Source: Gammaproteobacteria bacterium
Lineage (GTDB): Bacteria; Pseudomonadota; Gammaproteobacteria; JAADGQ01
Length of the DNA stretch: 64,000 nt
Direction: 5' to 3'
Assembly: GCA_015490755.1 (NCBI GenBank)
Contig: WFXF01000041.1
Location: 2-64,001 of the forward strand
Shown here: positions 58,116-64,000 of the stretch, piece by piece
How the letters are laid out: each line of letters begins with the position of its first letter
Position numbering within the stretch: the stretch's first letter is position 1
Translations under genes and position numbers: made by a program
Notes under the pieces: model-generated
The model's input: the letters and a program-made list of their open reading frames with translations, nothing else
What the model was told of the DNA's origin: nothing
Database searches by the model: none

Positions 58116-61100
58116 TTATCCCACCTGTTTACGTGCATTACGGAACATCCGTAACCAGGGGCCATCTGCCTCCCAGGTTTTTGGATGCCAGCTATTTTGT
58201 ACCGTACGAAATACCCGTTCTGGATGTGGCATCATAATTGTAAAGCGACCATCCGTTGTAGTAAGCCCTGTAATTCCATCAGGGGAGCCATTTGGGTTAG
58301 CCGGGTAACTCTCGGTTTTTTGGCCTCTGTTGTCTACAAAATTCAATGCGATAATGGCTGCATCCTGCGCATTCTGAGCTCCATTCTCCTGACGAAATTG
58401 AGCCAGGCCTTCACCATGAGCCACGGCAACCGGTAAACGAGAGCCCGCCATATCCTGAAAAAACAGAGAAGGAGATTTCTGCACTTCAAGCAGAGAAAAA
58501 CGCGCTTCAAATTGCTCGGAAATATTACGGCGAAAAGTGGGCCATAATTCACTGCCAGGAATAATTTCATGCAACTGCGCCATCATTTGACAGCCATTAC
58601 AAACACCCAGCCCAAACGTATCAGAACGTGAGAAAAATTCGGAAAATTCATCCCGTGTATTATTGTGGTATAGAATTGATTTTGCCCAGCCTTGCCCTGC
58701 ACCTAATACATCACCATAAGAGAAGCCGCCGCAAGCAACGAGCCCCTGAAAATCGATGAGCGATATACGTCCTGCCAATAAATCACTCATATGTACGTCA
58801 TGACAATCAAAACCGGCATGATCAAATGCTGCGGCCATTTCAATCTGACCATTCACGCCTTGCTCTCGTAACACGGCCATGCGAGGGCGAATACCTTGGG
58901 TGATATAGGGTGCTGCAATATCTTCTTCAGGGTCAAAAGTTAGTTTAATGTTTAAGCCAGGATCTTCTCTGTCGAGAATGGCAGCATACTCTTGATCAGC
59001 GCACTCTGGATTATCTCGCAAAGCTTGCATGCGCCATGATGTTTCGGACCATGTTCGCTGAAAGTTAATCCGGCTGTCAGCCAGAACCTCCTGATCATCG
59101 TATGTGAATACAATGCGATCTTCATCATTGATTCTGCCAATTATATGGCAATATTTTTCAAGACCTGCCTCATCCAGCCGATCGAGCACCTCTTCTGTCT
59201 CAGCGACTTGAATCACAGCGCCCAGCTCTTCATTAAAAAGCGCAGCCATCACATCATCGCCTAACGCATCAAGCTTGCAGGTGATGCCTGTGTGGCCGGC
59301 AAAAGCCATCTCGCAGAGTGTGGCGAACAAACCACCATCGGAACGATCATGATAGGCCAGCAGCAGGCCCGCTTCATTCATCACCTGAATAACTTCAAAA
59401 AACTTTTTGAAAGCATCGGCATCATCCAGATCAGGCGCTTGATTGCCAACTTGATTATAGACTTGCGCCAGGGCGGAACCCGCCAGGCGATTTCTCCCCA
59501 GCCCCAGATCAATCAAAATCAGGCTTGTATCGGATGAGTCTGTAACCAGTTGCGGTGTGAGTGTTTTACGTGCATCGATAACAGGTGAAAAGGCGCTGAT
59601 GATGAGCGACAGGGGAGAGGTCATCTCCTGTTTTTGGCCACGCTCTTGCCAGACTGTTTTCATCGAAAGGGAGTCTTTGCCAACAGGGATCGCAATCCCT
59701 AAAGCTGGACAAAGCTCCATGCCAACGGCTTGAACCGTTTCATACAGCCCTGCATCCTCCCCGTCATGACCGGCAGCTGCCATCCAGTTGGCGGAAAGTT
59801 TGATATCACCGATTTTGCCGATGCGTGCGGCGGCCAGATTGGTTAATGCTTCGCCAATCGCCATGCGTCCAGAAGCGGCATGATGGGTTAGTGCAATCGG
59901 TGCACGTTCCCCCATGGCCATCGCTTCGCCGCTGTAACCGTCAAAATCGGTCAGGGTTACGGCAACATCTGCCACTGGAATTTGCCATGGCCCGACCATT
60001 TGGTCACGATGAACCAGCCCCGTAATGCTGCGGTCACCAATGGTGATCAAGAAGCTTTTATCTGCCACAGTGGGTAGGCGTAACACACGTAAAGCCGCTT
60101 CATGAAAGTCGATGCCATCCATGTTGATTTCATTTTTATCAAAAGGGTGACGCTCTACATCACGAAACATTTTAGGGGGTTTGCCCAAGAGTAGTGACAA
60201 AGGCAGGTCGACCGGCTTATTATCAAACAGTGAATCATCAAGAGTTAGGTGCTGTTCATCAGTGGCTTCACCGATCACAGCATACGGACAGCGTTCGCGT
60301 TCACACAGCGCTTTGAATCGTTCCAGGTCTTCAGGTGTGACGGCCAGCATGTAACGCTCTTGAGATTCATTGCACCAAATCTGCATGGGTGACATGCTGG
60401 AGTCATCACAAGGCAGATCACGTAATCGGACTTTTGCGCCACGATTGCAGTCGTTCACCAATTCAGGTAGCGCATTAGATATGCCACCCGCGCCCACATC
60501 ATGAATGGCAACGATCGGGTTATGCTTCATACGCCAGCAAGCATCAATCACTTCCTGGCAACGGCGCTCCATTTCAGGATTGCCGCGTTGTACGGATGCA
60601 AAGTCCAGTGTTTCGCTGCTTGCGCCACTTTCAACGGAAGAGGCTGCGCCCCCACCCAAACCAATCAACATGGCCGGGCCGCCGAGCACGATTAGGTGAG
60701 TGCCTGCAGGGATTGGGTTTTTATCAATATATTGCTCACGAATAGAGCCGAGGCCACCCGCGATCATAATAGGTTTGTGATAACCGCGTAACTCTTCACC
60801 ATCAGGGCCAGTTGCCTTATCTTCATAAGTTCGAAAATAACCACAAAGATTAGGGCGGCCAAACTCATTATTAAATGCAGCCGCACCAATCGGGCCTTCG
60901 AGCATAATATCCAGTGCGGAAGCGATGCGTTCCGGTTTTCCAAAATCCCTTTCCCACGGTCGTGTAGCATTGGGAATTCGTAAATTTGAAACAGAGAAGC
61001 CACACAGTCCCGCTTTGGGTTTACTGCCACGACCTGTCGCCCCTTCATCACGAATTTCACCGCCTGACCCTGTTGCCGCACCCGCAAAAGGTGAGATGGC

Positions 61101-62003
61101 GGTGGGGTGATTGTGAGTTTCCACTTTCATCAATATATGGTTCACCTCTTCGTAGTGTTCGTAGCTGTTTGATTCAGGGTTGGGGAAAAATTTATAGGCG
61201 GGTGAACCCTGGATGACGGAGGAGTTGTCATGGTAAGCCGATAAAACACCCTCTGGATTTAATATGGTGGTGTTTTTAATCATTGCGAACAGGCTTTTTT
61301 GCTGTTCAGTGCCATCAATGCTCCAGTCCGCATTGAAAATTTTGTGTCGGCAATGCTCGGAATTCGCTTGTGCAAACATCATCAATTCAACATCGCTGGG
61401 GTTACGTCCAAGTGCGATGTAATTTTCAACGAGGTAGTCAATTTCATCGTCACTGAGTGCCAGCCCTAAATTCTGGTTGGCTTCGATCAGAGCGGGCTTG
61501 CCCTCGTTCAGCAGATTGATGCGTTCCAAGGGTGCAGGTTCAGCGGCCAAAAACAGTTTTTGCGCATCATCTGGATGTGAGAGAACAACTTCAGTCATGC
61601 GATCGTGAATAAGATCACTGATCGCTTTACTTTCATCAATACTTAGAGAATGATTTTGTTTTGAGACGTAATAGTTAATACCACGCTCAATGCGTCTGAT
61701 TTTGTTTAATCCGCATATATGTAAAATATCCGTGGCCTTGCTTGACCAGGGTGAAATTGTGCCAGGCCGAGGTGTGACCAGAAATAGCTCTCCCTTTGGT
61801 TTTTCAGCGATTTTTTCTTCACCCGAATCCAACAGATTATTGAGCAGGGTGAGTTCATCGTGGGTCAGCGCCTGTTCATCATTAATAAAATGGGTGAATT
61901 CTGCTTTGATAGCAGAAATATCTGGAAACCTGGCCTGTAGAGTGGCTAGAAGTCTCTTTTGACGAAAAAGTGAAAGGGCGATTGAACCGCGAAGTTGAAA
62001 CAT
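58116..62003 (-). CDS. purL: Phosphoribosylformylglycinamidine synthase (single-chain large PurL)
   Basis: 1295 aa containing the FGAM synthase and glutamine amidotransferase domains. Confidence 0.9.
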   Translation of the reverse strand: MFQLRGSIALSLFRQKRLLATLQARFPDISAIKAEFTHFINDEQALTHDELTLLNNLLDSGEEKIAEKPKGELFLVTPRPGTISPWSSKATDILHICGLNKIRRIERGINYYVSKQNHSLSIDESKAISDLIHDRMTEVVLSHPDDAQKLFLAAEPAPLERINLLNEGKPALIEANQNLGLALSDDEIDYLVENYIALGRNPSDVELMMFAQANSEHCRHKIFNADWSIDGTEQQKSLFAMIKNTTILNPEGVLSAYHDNSSVIQGSPAYKFFPNPESNSYEHYEEVNHILMKVETHNHPTAISPFAGAATGSGGEIRDEGATGRGSKPKAGLCGFSVSNLRIPNATRPWERDFGKPERIASALDIMLEGPIGAAAFNNEFGRPNLCGYFRTYEDKATGPDGEELRGYHKPIMIAGGLGSIREQYIDKNPIPAGTHLIVLGGPAMLIGLGGGAASSVESGASSETLDFASVQRGNPEMERRCQEVIDACWRMKHNPIVAIHDVGAGGISNALPELVNDCNRGAKVRLRDLPCDDSSMSPMQIWCNESQERYMLAVTPEDLERFKALCERERCPYAVIGEATDEQHLTLDDSLFDNKPVDLPLSLLLGKPPKMFRDVERHPFDKNEINMDGIDFHEAALRVLRLPTVADKSFLITIGDRSITGLVHRDQMVGPWQIPVADVAVTLTDFDGYSGEAMAMGERAPIALTHHAASGRMAIGEALTNLAAARIGKIGDIKLSANWMAAAGHDGEDAGLYETVQAVGMELCPALGIAIPVGKDSLSMKTVWQERGQKQEMTSPLSLIISAFSPVIDARKTLTPQLVTDSSDTSLILIDLGLGRNRLAGSALAQVYNQVGNQAPDLDDADAFKKFFEVIQVMNEAGLLLAYHDRSDGGLFATLCEMAFAGHTGITCKLDALGDDVMAALFNEELGAVIQVAETEEVLDRLDEAGLEKYCHIIGRINDEDRIVFTYDDQEVLADSRINFQRTWSETSWRMQALRDNPECADQEYAAILDREDPGLNIKLTFDPEEDIAAPYITQGIRPRMAVLREQGVNGQIEMAAAFDHAGFDCHDVHMSDLLAGRISLIDFQGLVACGGFSYGDVLGAGQGWAKSILYHNNTRDEFSEFFSRSDTFGLGVCNGCQMMAQLHEIIPGSELWPTFRRNISEQFEARFSLLEVQKSPSLFFQDMAGSRLPVAVAHGEGLAQFRQENGAQNAQDAAIIALNFVDNRGQKTESYPANPNGSPDGITGLTTTDGRFTIMMPHPERVFRTVQNSWHPKTWEADGPWLRMFRNARKQVG

Positions 62004-62327
62004 GATATCTCTGATTTCTATAGGTTAGCTGAAAAAATCGGTATTTTAGCACTGTCTGGTTCACTTCGCCGCGAAATAGTGTCGGTATGAATAAATAAAG
62101 GTATGCGCTGGATTTGAAGCCGCATTTATATGCGGTTTTTTATGGATCTTGTTTTTATCTTAATAAACAAGGAGTCATGTCTTTTATATACTTTTTAGAT
62201 TTAAAATATCTTTTAACTGTATGATTTTTATATATAATAATATGAATTTAATTATTGTTGATAAAGTTTTTGCGTAAAACAACAATTTTTCTTGTGCAGT
62301 ATTTAATTGGAGTATATAGTGTCGATT

Positions 62328-62367
62328 AGTGGGAGGAAGTGGGTAATAGTGGATAATTATGGGGTAG
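62328..62367 (+). promoter_or_regulatory. Four tandem degenerate 10-bp repeats containing GTGGG/ATGGG (AGTGGGAGGA AGTGGGTAAT AGTGGATAAT TATGGGGTAG) immediately upstream of mraZ; a putative MraZ operator
   Basis: Read directly from the sequence. MraZ is known to bind direct repeats of TGGGN spaced one helical turn apart. Confidence 0.45.
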
Positions 62368-62373
62368 ATTGAA

Positions 62374-62829
62374 TTGTTTCGAGGTGTTTCTGCACTGAAT
62401 CTTGATAGTAAGGGTCGTATGGCGATCCCTGCTAAACATCGCAACTGTTTGTCTGATTGTGATGAAGGTCAGTTAATACTCACTGTGGATGACAGTTCTC
62501 CCTGTCTGTTGCTTTACCCTTTGGCGGAGTGGGAAGAGATTGAAAGGAGGCTTATAAAACTTCCCAGTCTGAATAAACAAGCACGTCGTTTGCAGCGCCT
62601 GTTAATCGGTCACGCAACGGAGTGTGATATGGACGGTGCAGGTCGAATTTTAGTGGCATCACCTCTGCGTAGTTTTGCACGCCTTGATAAACGTGTTGTA
62701 TTGATTGGTCAGGGCAATAAGTTTGAAATCTGGGATGAGAAAACTTGGCAAATGAGTTGTGATGAATGGATGTCTGAAAGTGATTTCGATGAACCGCTTT
62801 CGAGTGATTTGGAATCGTTATCTTTATAG
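62374..62829 (+). CDS. mraZ: Transcriptional regulator MraZ
   Basis: TTG start; MFRGVSALNLDSKGRMAIP, with tandem SpoVT/AbrB domains. Confidence 0.9.
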   Translation: MFRGVSALNLDSKGRMAIPAKHRNCLSDCDEGQLILTVDDSSPCLLLYPLAEWEEIERRLIKLPSLNKQARRLQRLLIGHATECDMDGAGRILVASPLRSFARLDKRVVLIGQGNKFEIWDEKTWQMSCDEWMSESDFDEPLSSDLESLSL

Positions 62830-62832
62830 CCA

Positions 62833-63777
62833 ATGATGAAACAATTTTCTCACCAAGCCGTGTTGTTGAATGCAGCGGTGGACGGACTTGCTGTTAAACA
62901 TGAAGGGATGTATGTAGACGGCACATTTGGACGAGGTGGACATGCGTCGCTTATTTTGTCTCGCCTGAATAGCTCTGGCCATCTGTATGCAATTGATAAA
63001 GACCCTGATGCACTTCAGGTGGCTCGGGATCAATTGGCTGCTGATCCCCGCTTTTCTATCACACAGGGTTCGTTTGCTATGCTGGAAAAGTATGCTCATG
63101 AATGGGGTGTTGCCGGAAAAGTTAATGGCATTTTACTTGACCTGGGTGTTTCATCCCCCCAGCTGGATGATGCTGAACGTGGTTTCAGCTTTAGCTCTGA
63201 TGGCCCGTTGGACATGCGCATGGATCCTGGTTGCGGCATTAGTGCTGCCGAGTGGCTGGCAGTAGCGGAGGCTTATGAAATTACTCAGGTGCTGCGTAAA
63301 TATGGTGATGAACGTTTTGCTAAACGCATTGCTAAAGCGATTGTCACAGCACGGAAAGTTCAAGCGATTACAACAACTGCTCAGTTATCAAAAATTATAT
63401 CCGAAGCTAATCCGTGTTGGGAGAAAAAAAAGCACCCCGCAACACGCAGTTTTCAGGCGATTCGTATTTTTATTAATCAAGAACTGGATGATCTGGAGAG
63501 ATGTCTGAATCAAGTGCTTGATATTTTGGCGCCAGGTGGACGTTTGTCCATTATCAGCTTTCACTCCCTGGAAGATCGTATTGTCAAACGCTTCATGCGC
63601 AAGCAGGCGCGTGGTGATGATTTTCCGCCTGATCTGCCCATTCCCCAGTCATTGTTAAACCCCAGGCTTAAACTGATCGGCAAAGCAATTCGTGCAAGTG
63701 ACGAAGAAATCGCACAAAACCCGCGGGCACGCAGTGCAGTCTTGAGAGTGGCTGAAAAAGTGGGGGCTTCAATATGA
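62833..63777 (+). CDS. rsmH: 16S rRNA (cytosine1402-N4)-methyltransferase RsmH (MraW)
   Basis: HVPVLL-type N-terminus and a SAM-binding motif (DGTFGRGGH). Confidence 0.9.
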   Translation: MMKQFSHQAVLLNAAVDGLAVKHEGMYVDGTFGRGGHASLILSRLNSSGHLYAIDKDPDALQVARDQLAADPRFSITQGSFAMLEKYAHEWGVAGKVNGILLDLGVSSPQLDDAERGFSFSSDGPLDMRMDPGCGISAAEWLAVAEAYEITQVLRKYGDERFAKRIAKAIVTARKVQAITTTAQLSKIISEANPCWEKKKHPATRSFQAIRIFINQELDDLERCLNQVLDILAPGGRLSIISFHSLEDRIVKRFMRKQARGDDFPPDLPIPQSLLNPRLKLIGKAIRASDEEIAQNPRARSAVLRVAEKVGASI

Positions 63778-64000
63778 TTGCATGGGAAAAAGCGCTACTT
63801 TTTTCATTGATGTTAATCGTTTTGCTATCTGCAATTGGTGTTGTATATAGCAAACACACTCATCGCCAACTGTTCTTTAAATTGCAATCTTTGCAAGAAG
63901 CTGGAGATCAGCTGGAAGTTGAATGGGGGCAGTTGCAGTTGGAGCAAGGTGCTCATTCAACGCACTCGGAAGTAGAAAGAATTGCACGCAATAAGCTGGA
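63774..64000 (+). CDS. ftsL: Cell division protein FtsL, partial (runs off the window)
   Basis: ATGA overlap with rsmH; a TM segment followed by a coiled coil with HSEVERIARNKL. Confidence 0.7.
   Translation, partial: MIAWEKALLFSLMLIVLLSAIGVVYSKHTHRQLFFKLQSLQEAGDQLEVEWGQLQLEQGAHSTHSEVERIARNKL

Overview
This 64 kb window looks like chromosomal DNA from a gammaproteobacterium, with GC in the low 40s percent; the genus cannot be assigned from sequence alone. The gene complement is as follows.

- **Accessory island (about 1 to 13.3 kb).** It is packed with type II toxin-antitoxin modules interleaved with cell-envelope glycosyltransferase genes.
  - Toxin-antitoxin modules: three VapBC pairs, a PIN toxin with a Phd/YefM antitoxin, two copies of an addiction-module antitoxin each followed by a ParE remnant, a HigBA-like pair, DUF1778 plus GNAT, and later BrnTA.
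  - Glycosyltransferases: three GT4 enzymes and a WecA/MraY-family polyprenyl-phosphate sugar-1-phosphate transferase.
  - An AI-2E transporter.
  - Several visible rearrangement scars, described under findings.
- **TonB/ExbB/ExbD/ExbD operon (about 13.3 to 20.7 kb).** It carries a block of signal-peptide-bearing TPR proteins, TonB2-like in organisation.
- **Single genes.** An HDOD signalling protein and a short-chain dehydrogenase.
- **cbb3 cytochrome oxidase locus.** It is complete: ccoNOQP followed by ccoGHIS.
  - An unannotated 36 aa single-transmembrane ORF sits between ccoP and ccoG, between two hairpins.
  - A His-rich DsbD_2-like membrane protein and a partner lie downstream.
- **Repair and ribosome genes.** mutL and yjgA.
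- **Chemosensory cluster (14 kb, 37.2 to 51.3 kb).** It is of the alternative-cellular-function type. It contains an STAS protein, cheY, cheA, cheW, a ParA-like gene, a soluble PAS MCP, cheR, cheD, cheB, a second STAS protein, a REC-PP2C-HATPase protein and a hybrid histidine kinase with an HPt domain. This resembles the CrsR/CrsA partner-switch clusters.
- **Housekeeping and other genes.** A NUDIX hydrolase, a DsbA-like protein with a His-rich tail, a fused PNP/MTAN-like plus GT2 protein, argG, pyrC, rnt, brnTA, purL, and the start of the dcw cluster (mraZ, rsmH, ftsL partial) with an MraZ-type operator.

No rRNA or tRNA genes and no CRISPR array are visible. The features most worth follow-up are:

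- **vapC frameshift.** An 8-bp tandem repeat expansion frameshifts the first vapC.
- **GT4 between direct repeats.** About 350-bp direct repeats, each carrying an antitoxin and a ParE 5' end, flank a GT4 gene.
- **IR-bounded element.** A 1.3 kb element bounded by 26-bp inverted repeats carries higBA and is inserted in a parE remnant.
- **TA islet at the wecA 3' end.** A TA-carrying islet is inserted at the 3' end of the WecA-like gene and has displaced a second copy of that 3' end; the islet also contains a roughly 150-bp nested palindrome.
- **Small repeat family.** A small inverted-repeat element occurs in at least two copies.
- **36-codon ORF.** The small ORF in the cbb3 locus.
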